Source of the DNA: a virus
Taxonomy: Duplodnaviria; Caudoviricetes
Virus record (IMG/VR): IMGVR_UViG_2862173500_000001
Location: 1,235-65,234 of that record
Length of the DNA stretch: 64,000 nt
Direction: 5' to 3' (one strand)
The notes under the pieces were generated by a model. The model saw nothing but the letters and a program-made list of their open reading frames with translations. It searched no databases and was not told where the DNA came from. Positions 26,027 to 35,700 of this stretch are shown here, in pieces. The stretch's first letter is position 1. Each line of letters starts with the position of its first letter. Made by a program: the position numbers and the translations under genes.

Positions 26027-27045
26027 TGCGCATCGGACTGATCGCGCGGGCTGACTCTCGTGGCTTAGGTGTACAAACGAAAGCTTTTCACGACAACATG
26101 CACCCCGCCAAAACGATGGTGGTGGACTGCCCGAGCCTGAAACCTCTACCCATCCGGCACGATTGGTATCCGAATGCTACTTGGATTCATGGTCTGCCGT
26201 CAGCTCTGGATTTCCGTACATGGCTCCAAGGCTTGGATGTGGTATACACGGCGGAAACCGGCTACAGCCCACACCTTTGGGACGAGGCCGAACGGGCGGG
26301 CGTGAAAACCGTTCTCCACGCCAACTATGAGTTCCTGAACCGAAACGACCGCCCCTCACTGTGGGCGGCCCCAAGTAGGTGGCACCTCAAAGACTTTCCC
26401 CAAGGCGCTAAGTTCCTGCCAGTGCCGATCGAGCTCGACAAGTTCACCCCCAACACGTCATGTTCAGCACGTAGGTTCCTGCACATCGTGGGGCGCCCAG
26501 CGGTGCATGACCGCAATGGCACCGAAGACCTACTAGAAGCACTGCGGCATGTGACCGAAGACGTCGAGGTCACAATCCGCTGCCAGGAGGAGGAATTCCT
26601 CCAAGGTATTGACGGCTACCCGATCAACCGCCGCAAGGTGAAACTCAACCTTGAACACGGTGACACCAAAGACTACTGGGACAACTACACCAACTACGAT
26701 GTGCTGGTGCTGCCGAGAAGGTTTGGCGGCCTCTGCCTACCCCTCAATGAAGCATTGGGCGCGGGGATGCCGGTGATCATGCCCGAAATCGAACCGAACC
26801 AGTGGCTACCTAAAGAGTGGCTGATACCCGCAAGCCACAAGACGAGCTTTATGGCCAAAAACCGTGTAGACGTGTACGGCACACCCGCAATCGCACTGGC
26901 GGCCAGGATCGACCAGTTCGCGTCCGATCCCCGATTCTACTGGGCAGCACAGCAATACGCACGGGATCTCGCACGGTCGCTGTCATGGGGCAGCCTGAAA
27001 CCTATATACGAGCAGACATTTAAGGCGGTATGTGATGTCCAGTGA
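26026..27045 (+). CDS. Glycosyltransferase, GT-B (GT4-like)
   Basis: PVPIELDKF, RNGTEDLLEA, DVLVLPRRFGGLCLPLNEALGAGMPVI. Confidence 0.9.
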   Translation: MRIGLIARADSRGLGVQTKAFHDNMHPAKTMVVDCPSLKPLPIRHDWYPNATWIHGLPSALDFRTWLQGLDVVYTAETGYSPHLWDEAERAGVKTVLHANYEFLNRNDRPSLWAAPSRWHLKDFPQGAKFLPVPIELDKFTPNTSCSARRFLHIVGRPAVHDRNGTEDLLEALRHVTEDVEVTIRCQEEEFLQGIDGYPINRRKVKLNLEHGDTKDYWDNYTNYDVLVLPRRFGGLCLPLNEALGAGMPVIMPEIEPNQWLPKEWLIPASHKTSFMAKNRVDVYGTPAIALAARIDQFASDPRFYWAAQQYARDLARSLSWGSLKPIYEQTFKAVCDVQ

Positions 27046-27259
27046 TAACCAGTCACCCCGAGGTGTTGACTTGGAGATCATCGACCGTGGCGGCGCGGCT
27101 GGCGTATTCCCCAACTGTGTTCGCATCAATGGAACCGAAGTCCTTATCCCTTCAAACACGGAGATATGGATCGAACCCATAACGAGCAGCTCGTGCGTCA
27201 CCGTGAGATTGACGTTGTTTGTCCAGAACTTGACTGTCAGAACAGAGCCGAAGGACTGA
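27035..27259 (+). CDS. Hypothetical protein
   Basis: VRINGTEVLIP...VTVRLTLF. Confidence 0.65.
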   Translation: MSSDNQSPRGVDLEIIDRGGAAGVFPNCVRINGTEVLIPSNTEIWIEPITSSSCVTVRLTLFVQNLTVRTEPKD

Positions 27260-27260
27260 T

Positions 27261-27671
27261 ATGGCGTTGTCGTACTTCACGGTCACGGGTTCTTTTAAGG
27301 CCGTCATCTCTGACGGATCAGACTCGGCCAACCATGACCCGGAAGTTCAGAACATCTCAGGGCTGGTGCTATTCACCCCCTCGATCAGTGAAGTTATCTC
27401 GACTGCCGATGGAGTGACGTACCGCCTACAGCCCGTCCGGGGACGCATTGAGGAAGATGGTGTGCTCAAGACCATCGACAGCACAGTAGGTGTCGGGCTG
27501 GTCGCCAACACAGCGGCACTCGGACCGCTGGAAGCCTTGACGTACAAGGTGGAGTTCTCCCACGTCGTGTACGACAAGGGCAAGGAACGCTTGATCGAAC
27601 CCTTCCGGTTCGCAGCACCCGCCTCTGTCACAACCATCGACCTAGCCACCGTTTCGCGCCTGCCTGTGTGA
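27261..27671 (+). CDS. Virion-protein-like beta domain (resembles N-termini of actinophage minor tail proteins)
   Basis: D....P....ISG.V.FTP...PVRGRI..DG.L...GV.L.AN...Y.V.F...FAAP.....IDLA. Confidence 0.6.
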   Translation: MALSYFTVTGSFKAVISDGSDSANHDPEVQNISGLVLFTPSISEVISTADGVTYRLQPVRGRIEEDGVLKTIDSTVGVGLVANTAALGPLEALTYKVEFSHVVYDKGKERLIEPFRFAAPASVTTIDLATVSRLPV

Positions 27672-27868
27672 TGCTCAAGCCCGGTGACGATGTGTACGTC
27701 GACTTTGAAGGACTCGAGCACCACGGCCATGTGGAGCGTGCCGATTCGGGTTGGGTTCTGTGCACTATCGAAACCGACTGGGCATGGGACTACGGCCACA
27801 TCTCATCGAGGATGGGGCCACACCAGACGGTGTGTGTACCCACCGCGCGCGTGAGACCGCGTGACTGA
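27668..27868 (+). CDS. Small SH3-like hypothetical protein
   Basis: KPGDDVYVDFEG.EH.G.V. Confidence 0.7.
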   Translation: MMLKPGDDVYVDFEGLEHHGHVERADSGWVLCTIETDWAWDYGHISSRMGPHQTVCVPTARVRPRD

Positions 27869-28505
27869 CTACCGGATTGGAATAGTCGCCCACACTCAGC
27901 GTGCGACCGCTGCCCATGAGTTGATGGATACAGCCGGCGCCGCTTTCCTGTCTATGGATAACGGAACCCTTGGATGCGATAGGAACCATCGCCGCACTCT
28001 CGAGTGGCTAGCGAAGAGCCCTGCCGAGTGGGGCGTTGTTTTAGAGGATGACGCGATCCCCTGCGAGGATTGGTCAACCACCTTAACCAATATTCTGGAT
28101 GCTGCACCTGCACCGATTGTTTCGTTCTATCTGGGTATCAACTACCCGAAGCACTGGCAGCCGAGAGTCCTGCAAGCAACTCAAGCCGCTGACGCCGCTT
28201 CTGCTTCCTGGATTGTGGCTGAAGGGTTTCTTCTCCACGCCGTGGGGTATGCGATACGTACCGAGTTGATCGACAGCGCACTAGATCACAATCGCTGGTT
28301 CCAGATGCCGGTAGATCAGGTACTCACAGACTGGGCACGCAACGACGGCCACAAGGTCGCATATACGTGGCCCTCCATTGTCCAGCATGACGACGGACCG
28401 ACCCTGTTCCAGCACCCGGACGGCACATCACGCACACTGCCCCGTGTAGCGCACAGGTTCGGTGTCCCACAACAGACCCCGCGATCCGTCCTACTCTGCA
28501 ACTGA
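27861..28505 (+). CDS. Glycosyltransferase, GT-A (GT25-like)
   Basis: IGIVAH, NH...LEWL, VVLEDDA, HAVGYAI, PVD, YTWPS.V.H.D. Confidence 0.8.
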   Translation: MTDYRIGIVAHTQRATAAHELMDTAGAAFLSMDNGTLGCDRNHRRTLEWLAKSPAEWGVVLEDDAIPCEDWSTTLTNILDAAPAPIVSFYLGINYPKHWQPRVLQATQAADAASASWIVAEGFLLHAVGYAIRTELIDSALDHNRWFQMPVDQVLTDWARNDGHKVAYTWPSIVQHDDGPTLFQHPDGTSRTLPRVAHRFGVPQQTPRSVLLCN

Positions 28506-28515
28506 AAGGCTGCAC

Positions 28516-28803
28516 ATGCCCGTCCTAGTGACCATCCCTAGCGCTACGGAGAACCAAGGCTGGCCCTTGGCCACCCACTACGTAGTAGATCCGCAGGCCG
28601 TGCTGCACGTGTACAACGGCGACAAGCTGATCACCTCATACAAGACATGGGATCAGGTAGTAGTGCAGGACGCACTGACACTGAAGCAGAATGCAGACGT
28701 CACCTTCCGCGATAACAGCATCCAGGTTGGTAAGTACGCTCCCCAGCGGGAGAAGCACGCACCCACATTGAACGACCAGCCCGCAAGTCCCGACGTGGCA
28801 TGA
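28516..28803 (+). CDS. Hypothetical protein
   Basis: SD GAAAGG; MPVLVTIPS. Confidence 0.7.
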   Translation: MPVLVTIPSATENQGWPLATHYVVDPQAVLHVYNGDKLITSYKTWDQVVVQDALTLKQNADVTFRDNSIQVGKYAPQREKHAPTLNDQPASPDVA

Positions 28804-29156
28804 GTCCGCGAGCCCCAAAAGTCTGCACCTTCAAAGACTGCACCACCCTCGTCTACAACGGACACCGCTGCCGCACTCACACCACTCATGGATGGGGTAA
28901 GGGCAACCCACGTACTAAGACACCAGAGCACGAAGCATGGCGCACAGCAGTACTAGAGCGTGACCACTACCGCTGCCGCATCAAGTACCCAGGCTGCACA
29001 AGCAGAGCAGGCATAGCCGACCACATCACCGCCACCAAGTTCGGTGGAGCACCATACGACACCACCAACGGTCAAGCCGCCTGCCGCCCATGCCACGACA
29101 AGAAGAGCGCCGACGAAGGCAACACAGCCCAAGGCCACACCGTCCGCCCTAGATGA
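28800..29156 (+). CDS. HNH endonuclease (packaging-associated)
   Basis: VLERDHYRC...C...ADHI.....GG.....NGQAAC..CH..KS..E; upstream of terS. Confidence 0.92.
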   Translation: MSPRAPKVCTFKDCTTLVYNGHRCRTHTTHGWGKGNPRTKTPEHEAWRTAVLERDHYRCRIKYPGCTSRAGIADHITATKFGGAPYDTTNGQAACRPCHDKKSADEGNTAQGHTVRPR

Positions 29157-29661
29157 CCACCTGGTAGCGCGGTGCGCAGTACCGATCACCAGTGACAACA
29201 ATGAACCGCCCCCATGAGTAGAAGCTCACCCGATCACTCACATGCGACGGCTCCTCGCCACGGACGAACACATGCAGCCCACGTCCAGACAATGACCTCT
29301 CCACCCACAGCGGCTTCACTGAGCGCAGTACGGCCACAGCCTCGGGATGCAGCACACCATCCGCTGCTATCACATCATCAAGGTCATAGCACGCCAGCCC
29401 ATCACCGAGCATCACGCCATGGGGTTGATGCTCGACAGTGCTGTAGTCAGTCCATGTATCCGAGTTAGTAGAGGATGCGGGACTGCCATCAATCCGCACA
29501 GGCCGCTTGCCATCCGCACACGTCCAACGTCGCAGCGAGGTAAGCGTAGACGGCAGACTGTTGCGGCTCTTGCGCTTACGGCATCGCTGCCCACACACCA
29601 CCGGAGTACGGCCACGCCCAGACCATCTGAATGGGCGACCACACTCCGAACACGTCAACAT
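29149..29661 (-). CDS. Zinc finger plus minimal primase-polymerase (prim-pol/AEP-like) domain
   Basis: CSECG...CGQRCR; K.P...ASST...TW; G..LGDGL.C.DLD; E.S.SG.GLHVF; RFI.VTG. -10 TATATT upstream (leaderless). Confidence 0.8.
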   Translation of the reverse strand: MLTCSECGRPFRWSGRGRTPVVCGQRCRKRKSRNSLPSTLTSLRRWTCADGKRPVRIDGSPASSTNSDTWTDYSTVEHQPHGVMLGDGLACYDLDDVIAADGVLHPEAVAVLRSVKPLWVERSLSGRGLHVFVRGEEPSHVSDRVSFYSWGRFIVVTGDRYCAPRYQVVI

Positions 29662-29891
29662 CACCCCAATATACGCCGTGAACAGCCAATTGTCACGATA
29701 ACGGACATAAACCAGCTGATTAGCCCGGTGACTGTTACGGCAAGGGATCTACACACCACGACGCCGATCACACGCCACAGAGGCACACAGCGCCCGCAAC
29801 GCAACCCCCTGGCCCCCACCCCGTACCCACCCACCCGGCGACTACGGGCCGAAGCTGCTCATTTTCCTGCGTACGGGTTCCCACAGTTTTA

Positions 29892-29930
29892 GCCCCGAAA
29901 CGGGGCACTCACCTATATCCCGAAACGGGA
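29892..29930 (+). promoter_or_regulatory. Twin CCCGAAACGGG hairpins upstream of terS, in the likely genome-end region
   Basis: GCCCCGAAACGGGGC and TCCCGAAACGGGA; the second overlaps the SD. Confidence 0.55.
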
Positions 29931-29939
29931 GGTTGATCC

Positions 29940-30401
29940 ATGCCTGGACCTGTACCGAAAGACCCGAGTGTCCGTGCGAGGCGGAATAAGTCGACGACTA
30001 AGGCTGTGCTCTCGGCTGATCATGATGTCGAGGCGCCGGAGATGCCTGACGACATCGCTTGGCACTCCATGACTCGTCGGTGGTGGGCGGATATTTGGTC
30101 ATCACCGATGGCGCCGGAGTATGCGGAGTCTGATATCAATGGCCTGCTGCGTGTGGCGATGCTGTACAACGACTTTTGGCTGTCGGAGACGCCGAAGGAG
30201 CGGGCTGAGATTCAGGTCCGGCTTGAGAAGGCAGATGCTGACTATGGGACGAACCCCATGGCTAGGCGGCGCCTTGAATGGCAGATCGAGCAAGCTGAGG
30301 ACTCTAAGTCCAAGGGGCAGAGGCGTCGCGGCACTTCGCAGCCGGCGCAGCCCAAGCCGCCGAGCGGTGAAGATCCGCGGGCTGCCCTGTACGTCGTGTA
30401 G
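29940..30401 (+). CDS. terS: Terminase small subunit
   Basis: MPGPVPK...RARRNK, WH..T.RWW..IW.SP, YG..P..RRRL.W.I. Confidence 0.9.
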   Translation: MPGPVPKDPSVRARRNKSTTKAVLSADHDVEAPEMPDDIAWHSMTRRWWADIWSSPMAPEYAESDINGLLRVAMLYNDFWLSETPKERAEIQVRLEKADADYGTNPMARRRLEWQIEQAEDSKSKGQRRRGTSQPAQPKPPSGEDPRAALYVV

Positions 30402-30404
30402 CTG

Positions 30405-32036
30405 ATGCTGCTGGTTGTTCCGGGACCCGATCCGGAGCCATGGCCAACCCTCGGTAAGGATATCTGCGACCTCATAAAGGATCGCGCGGTCTATGGACCA
30501 GGGTCTCTCCAGGGTGAACGGTATGAGCTCGACAAAGAGTTCGAAGCCTTCATATACCGGGCGTTTGAGATCTACCCCAAAGGCCACCCATGGGAGGGGC
30601 GCCGCCGCTTCAAACGGGTGGGGCTTTCCGTCCGAAAAGGCTTGGCGAAGACTGAAAAGCAGGCGCTCCTGGCGTTCTGTGAGCTCCACCCCGACGGTCC
30701 GACCAGGTTTGACGGGTGGGATGCATACGGAAACCCGGTCGGCAGGCCCGTACGTTCGCCGTACATTCCAATGCTTGCGGTGTCGGTTGAGCAGGTTGAG
30801 GAACTGGCCTTCGGTGCGCTGACATACATCATCAGCGAGGGTCCGGATGCGGACCTTTTTGATGTGTCGAAAGAGCGCATCTGCCGGCTAGATGAACGTG
30901 GCCGCGAGGACGGTAAGGCTGTCGCGCTGGCCAACTCTCCCGGCGCTCGAGACGGTGCCCGCACGACGATGAACTGTTTCGATGAGCCGCACCGTTTGTA
31001 TCTGCCCAGGCAGATTGAGGCTCACAAGACGATGGATGCGAACCTGCCGAAGCGTCCACTAGATGACCCCTGGTCTCTATACGTGGGGACTGCCGGACAA
31101 CCGGGACAGGGCTCGGTAATGGAGATGGTGCACGCCGAGGCGATCCAAATCTCCAAGGGCTTGATTGAACGCCCGGACCTGCTGTATCTGTACCGCACCG
31201 ACGATGGCACTCGTGACTTGAGTGTCAAGACGGAACGCATCAAGGCAATCGACGAGGCATCCGGGCCAGTAGGGGAGTTCGGGCCAGGACAGTTCGATGA
31301 GATTGCCTCACAATGGGATCGCCCCGGTGCCGATAAGGCGTTCCTTGAGCGTGTTTGGCTAAACCGGTGGCGGATGTCCGGATCCCAGGCATTCGACATG
31401 GTCAAAGTCGAAGACCTGCAATCAGACGAGACCATCCCGGACGGCGCATTTGTCACGGCGGGGTTTGACGGGGCTAGATTCCGCGATGCCACGGCGTTGA
31501 CTATCACCGAGATATCCACGGGCCGACAGATGCTTCTGGGATGTTGGGAGCGGCCGGAGAACGCCGAGATTTGGGAAGTTCCCGAGGATGAGGTAACAGA
31601 TCTGGTGTCGGACATGATGTCCCGATACCAGGTGTGGCGCATGTACTGCGACCCACCCCATTGGACAGAGACTGTGGCGTCGTGGGCAGCCCGTTGGCCC
31701 GACCAGGTTGTCGAGTGGCACACGCAGATCAAGTCCCGAATGGTTCCGGCACTTCGGTCGTACGTGGAGGCGCTGGATTCAGGACTCCTGTCGTACAGCG
31801 CAAATACGCACCGGCCCGTGCTAATCCGGCACATGGGGCACGCGGCCCGTAAAGAGTTAAAGACCCTGGACGAGTTCGGTCAGCCGCAATGGATTCTGCA
31901 GAAGCAGGATGGCCGCCTCGAAGACAAGTTCGACGCCGCAATGGCCGCAGTCCTGTCCTGGACAGCTTGTGTAGATGCCCGCCGTGAAGGCGCGCAACCA
32001 AAACCGAAATCTTACGTGCCTAGACGCATCTACTGA
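30405..32036 (+). CDS. terL: Terminase large subunit
   Basis: Walker A RKGLAKTE, Walker B FDEPH, nuclease GFDG..D.TAL, DAAMA. Confidence 0.95.
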   Translation: MLLVVPGPDPEPWPTLGKDICDLIKDRAVYGPGSLQGERYELDKEFEAFIYRAFEIYPKGHPWEGRRRFKRVGLSVRKGLAKTEKQALLAFCELHPDGPTRFDGWDAYGNPVGRPVRSPYIPMLAVSVEQVEELAFGALTYIISEGPDADLFDVSKERICRLDERGREDGKAVALANSPGARDGARTTMNCFDEPHRLYLPRQIEAHKTMDANLPKRPLDDPWSLYVGTAGQPGQGSVMEMVHAEAIQISKGLIERPDLLYLYRTDDGTRDLSVKTERIKAIDEASGPVGEFGPGQFDEIASQWDRPGADKAFLERVWLNRWRMSGSQAFDMVKVEDLQSDETIPDGAFVTAGFDGARFRDATALTITEISTGRQMLLGCWERPENAEIWEVPEDEVTDLVSDMMSRYQVWRMYCDPPHWTETVASWAARWPDQVVEWHTQIKSRMVPALRSYVEALDSGLLSYSANTHRPVLIRHMGHAARKELKTLDEFGQPQWILQKQDGRLEDKFDAAMAAVLSWTACVDARREGAQPKPKSYVPRRIY

Positions 32037-32050
32037 CAGGAGGGGAGTCG

Positions 32051-33439
32051 ATGGCGGTAACCCCCGAAGAATGGCTCCCCATCTTGTCGAAGCGGATAGA
32101 CGACAACATGTCCCGAGTCCGCCTACTGGACCGGTACGTGTCCGGCGACGCGCCGCTGCCTGAGCAGTCAAGGAACACCAAGGCGTCCTGGCAAGCTTTC
32201 CAGAAGATGTCCCGCACCAACTGGGGACTACTGATCCGAGACTCAGTGGCCGACAGGATCGTCCCAAATGGCATCACGGTCGGCGGCTCGTCTGACTCGG
32301 AAATCGCGAAGCAGGCGCAGCGGATCTGGCGTGATAACCGCATGGACTTTATTGCCAGGCAGTGGATTGAGTACGGATTAACCTTCAGGGACTCATTTCT
32401 AACCTGCTGGCAGGGAGATGAAGGGCAGGCGTTAATCACCGCAGATTCCCCAGAAACCATGTGTGTCGCCGCAGATCCGCTGCAGCCATGGAGGGTACGT
32501 GCCGCGATACGGTACTGGCGGGATATCGACGAGCAGAAGGACTTCGCCTACATCTGGGTTCACGGTGCTAGACAAAAATTCTCCCGTGACTGCTACGTCC
32601 CAAACATCAACTCCAAACGTCTGCTATCGAGGATCTCGGGAAAGTGGGAACCGGTCGGCGAAGCCATATCAACCGACGGTGCGCCACCAGTGGTGCTGTA
32701 CGCAAACCCTGGCGGGTTTGGGGAGTTTGAGACCCACCTAGACGACATTAACCGCGTCAACACAGGCATGCTTCAGCGGTTGACAACCATGGCGATGCAG
32801 GCGTTCCGTCAACGGGCACTTCGGAAGAAGGATGGCGGAGCACCGCTTCCTACTCACGACGAAAACGACAACGTGATCGACTGGGCCGCCATCTTCGAGC
32901 CAGCACCTGGAGCGTTGTGGGACTTGCCGCCAGGCGTGGACATCTGGGAATCATCCACAACCGATATAGGACAGATGCTCTCCGCCACCAAGGAGGACAT
33001 CCGCCTACTCTCTGCGGCTACGAAGACGCCCCTGCCGGTACTGATGCCGGATAGCGCGAACCAGTCCGCTGAGGGCGCTATGAACACCGAAAAGGGCTTC
33101 ATTTTCAAGTGCGAGGCACGCTTAGCGGTCGCGAAACTCGGATTAGAAGCCATCCTTGTGAGGGCGCTCGAAACTGAAGGCGTCACGAACATCCCCACCA
33201 TAGACGTGTCGTTTGAGTCGCCAGCGCGCGTGACCCTGTCCGAAAAGTACTCCGCTGCCGCGCAAGCCAAGGCCGCAGGGGAGTCGTGGGGCTCGATCGC
33301 TCGGAACATCCTCGGATATTCGCCGGACCAGATTAAGCAAGACGGTCTAGACCGCTCCAAAGAGCAGCTGTCACTGTTCGGTGCCCAGAGGGCCCAGAAT
33401 CAGCCGCCACAACAGCCTGTGACTGGTGGACCACGCTGA
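32051..33439 (+). CDS. Portal protein (SPP1 Gp6-like)
   Basis: Y..G..PLP, N...LI.DS...R, GEFE.HLD.I.R.N, QAFRQR, SAEG. Confidence 0.93.
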   Translation: MAVTPEEWLPILSKRIDDNMSRVRLLDRYVSGDAPLPEQSRNTKASWQAFQKMSRTNWGLLIRDSVADRIVPNGITVGGSSDSEIAKQAQRIWRDNRMDFIARQWIEYGLTFRDSFLTCWQGDEGQALITADSPETMCVAADPLQPWRVRAAIRYWRDIDEQKDFAYIWVHGARQKFSRDCYVPNINSKRLLSRISGKWEPVGEAISTDGAPPVVLYANPGGFGEFETHLDDINRVNTGMLQRLTTMAMQAFRQRALRKKDGGAPLPTHDENDNVIDWAAIFEPAPGALWDLPPGVDIWESSTTDIGQMLSATKEDIRLLSAATKTPLPVLMPDSANQSAEGAMNTEKGFIFKCEARLAVAKLGLEAILVRALETEGVTNIPTIDVSFESPARVTLSEKYSAAAQAKAAGESWGSIARNILGYSPDQIKQDGLDRSKEQLSLFGAQRAQNQPPQQPVTGGPR

Positions 33440-34181
33440 TTACGCGGCTGCGGTCGCGGAACTAAGACGCCAACTGCTCGGATACTCCACAGAAGTTTGG
33501 GCCGAAGTCGAGCTAGGAGACGCAGGGCTCGAGCGGTTGGTCGAACTACTCGTACCGACCGTATTGGCAGCACAAGCCCAGGTCGGAAACTTCACGTCCA
33601 TCTACTTCGGTGAATCCACAGGTACGCAGCCACTTCTAGTGGGCGATGAGATCACCCAAGGTCGCGGCGTGGACCCGGAGACCGTTTACGCCCGACCGGT
33701 CATCACCGCGCGAACCGCACTGTCGCAGGGTAAGTCGCCTCAACAGGCGCTCGCCATAGGCGGGAAGCGGCTGCAGAACATCGTCGGCACCGATCTGCAG
33801 ATGGCGAAAGTCCGCCAGTCTCAGCGATCTTTGGCTGCCAGTGGGAAGCAGTACTACCGAAGAGTCCTGACCGGCTCGGAGAACTGCGCCATGTGCACCA
33901 TCGCATCAACGCAGCGATACAAGACGAACCGGCTGATGCCGATACACCCCGGCTGCGATTGCCATGTGGATGTCCTGCGCCGGGGAATGGACCTCGAGCA
34001 GGTTATCGATCCACAACTACTCGAACAGACCCACCAGCAGGTGAAAGCCATCCGGGGCATCGATGACCGCAATGGCCGCATGCCTGACTACCGCAAGTTG
34101 ATCGTGACGCGCGAACACGGCGAGGTAGGCCCCGTTCTTACCTGGGCCCACCAGCAGTTCACCGCAAAAGCGGATCTCTAA
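33426..34181 (+). CDS. MuF-like minor head / capsid maturation protein
   Basis: YRRVL.G.ENCA.C.IASTQRY....LMPIHPGCDC. Confidence 0.85.
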   Translation: MDHADYAAAVAELRRQLLGYSTEVWAEVELGDAGLERLVELLVPTVLAAQAQVGNFTSIYFGESTGTQPLLVGDEITQGRGVDPETVYARPVITARTALSQGKSPQQALAIGGKRLQNIVGTDLQMAKVRQSQRSLAASGKQYYRRVLTGSENCAMCTIASTQRYKTNRLMPIHPGCDCHVDVLRRGMDLEQVIDPQLLEQTHQQVKAIRGIDDRNGRMPDYRKLIVTREHGEVGPVLTWAHQQFTAKADL

Positions 34182-34249
34182 AAGACTTCCCCCACAAGGG
34201 GGTTCGCCCGAACGGGCGCCAACCGATGCGAAACGCAAAGGAAACTCAC

Positions 34250-34861
34250 ATGTCTGATGTGACCCCGAACGACATGCCGGGAGCCGTAACGGAACCAGGC
34301 GAAACCGCTCCAGCCACACCAAAGTCGGAAGCCCCCAGTAACGAGGTCTTCTCAGCCGAGGAACGGCAAGAGCTGGAAAAGCTTCGCGCAGCCCGCGTAG
34401 AGGAACGACGCTGGGAGAAACGCGCGAAAGAAAACTTCGACGACGCCGCGAAATGGCGTGACCTCTTTGAAAAGTCGGGCGCCGACAAGAAATCCGAATT
34501 CGACCCGAGGGCTGAAATCGACAAGATCCGCGCCGACCTAACCTCAGAACGCATCGAAAGAATGCGCTCCGAGGTCGCCCGCACAACAGGAGTCGACCCA
34601 GAGGACATCAAGGGCGACACCGAGGAAGACATGCGGGAATCCGTCGAGCGCTTCCTGAAGCGGTTCAACACCCGACTAGAAGAGGCTATGAAATCGAAGT
34701 CCGCACCGGCGGCAGCACCGGCAGCCGAGGTCACCTCAGACAAGAAAGTCACGGGACCACAACAGATTACGTCCCGTGACGAACTCAAAAACATGTCACC
34801 CCAGCAGCGGGTCGAAGCCCTCAAGAACGGGCAACTCGACGAGCTTATGGGGAAGAAATAG
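34250..34861 (+). CDS. Scaffolding protein
   Basis: Acidic coiled coil, R.WE.RAKEN; between MuF and capsid. Confidence 0.85.
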   Translation: MSDVTPNDMPGAVTEPGETAPATPKSEAPSNEVFSAEERQELEKLRAARVEERRWEKRAKENFDDAAKWRDLFEKSGADKKSEFDPRAEIDKIRADLTSERIERMRSEVARTTGVDPEDIKGDTEEDMRESVERFLKRFNTRLEEAMKSKSAPAAAPAAEVTSDKKVTGPQQITSRDELKNMSPQQRVEALKNGQLDELMGKK

Positions 34862-34876
34862 AAAGGGGCCACTTAG

Positions 34877-35698
34877 ATGGCTGTCACCAACTTCATCCCA
34901 GAAATCTGGGAAGCATCCATGCTGGTGCGATGGGAGAATGAAAAGGTCTTCGCCGCACTGCTCGACCGTCACTACGAGGGCGAAGCCACCAAGGGTAATA
35001 CAGTCCACATCACCGGAGTCACCCCACCCGCCGTGAAGGACTACAAGGCCGCTGGCCGCACCACGTCGGCAGATTCAATCTCCGACACCGGAGTTGACCT
35101 GCTCATCGATCAGGAGAAGTCATTCGACTTCTACGTCGATGACATCGACCGCCGCCAGGCAGCCGGCTCGCTGGAGGACTACACCAACGCCGCCGCAGAC
35201 GGCCTGATCGAAGACGCCGACAAGTTCATCGCCAACATGCTGATCGCTGATGGCGCGAACCTGGCCTATAGCTCGGTCACTACCGGCGATGGCGCGTTCG
35301 ACATCTTCCGTAACGCCCGCAAGGCGCTGAACATCAACAAGGCACCGTCTGCGGGTCGCGTGGCTGTCGTGAATGCCTCATTTGAGGCGCTTCTACTCGG
35401 CGCGGACTCGAAGCTGACCGACTTCTCTAAGTCGGGCGACAATGAGGGCCTGCGTCAGGCCACTGTCGGCCAACTGCTCAACTTCCGGGTCGTCACCTCC
35501 AACAACCTGCCCGAAGTTGATTCGCCGCAGGCCGTGTTCTTCCACCCCTCGGCTGCGGCGTATGTGTCGCAGATCGACGAGGTTGAAGGCATGCGTGCGC
35601 AGAACAAGTTCGCCGACCGCATCCGCGGCCTGCACGTGTACGGCGGCAAGGTGGTTCGCCCCACCGGCGTCCTCGTCTTCAACGAGCTGGGCAGCTAG
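34877..35698 (+). CDS. Major capsid protein
   Basis: FIPEIW, YEGE...GNTVHI, L.IDQEKSF.F.VDDID, FADRIRGLHVYG.KV.RP. Confidence 0.95.
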   Translation: MAVTNFIPEIWEASMLVRWENEKVFAALLDRHYEGEATKGNTVHITGVTPPAVKDYKAAGRTTSADSISDTGVDLLIDQEKSFDFYVDDIDRRQAAGSLEDYTNAAADGLIEDADKFIANMLIADGANLAYSSVTTGDGAFDIFRNARKALNINKAPSAGRVAVVNASFEALLLGADSKLTDFSKSGDNEGLRQATVGQLLNFRVVTSNNLPEVDSPQAVFFHPSAAAYVSQIDEVEGMRAQNKFADRIRGLHVYGGKVVRPTGVLVFNELGS

Positions 35699-35700
35699 TA

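Noticed and set aside
22943-28505. DNA hypermodification (base glycosylation) system
   Set aside because: I recognise no hydroxymethylase, TET/JBP or thymidylate-synthase-like gene. The position next to late genes fits protein or surface glycosylation better, but DNA modification is not formally excluded.
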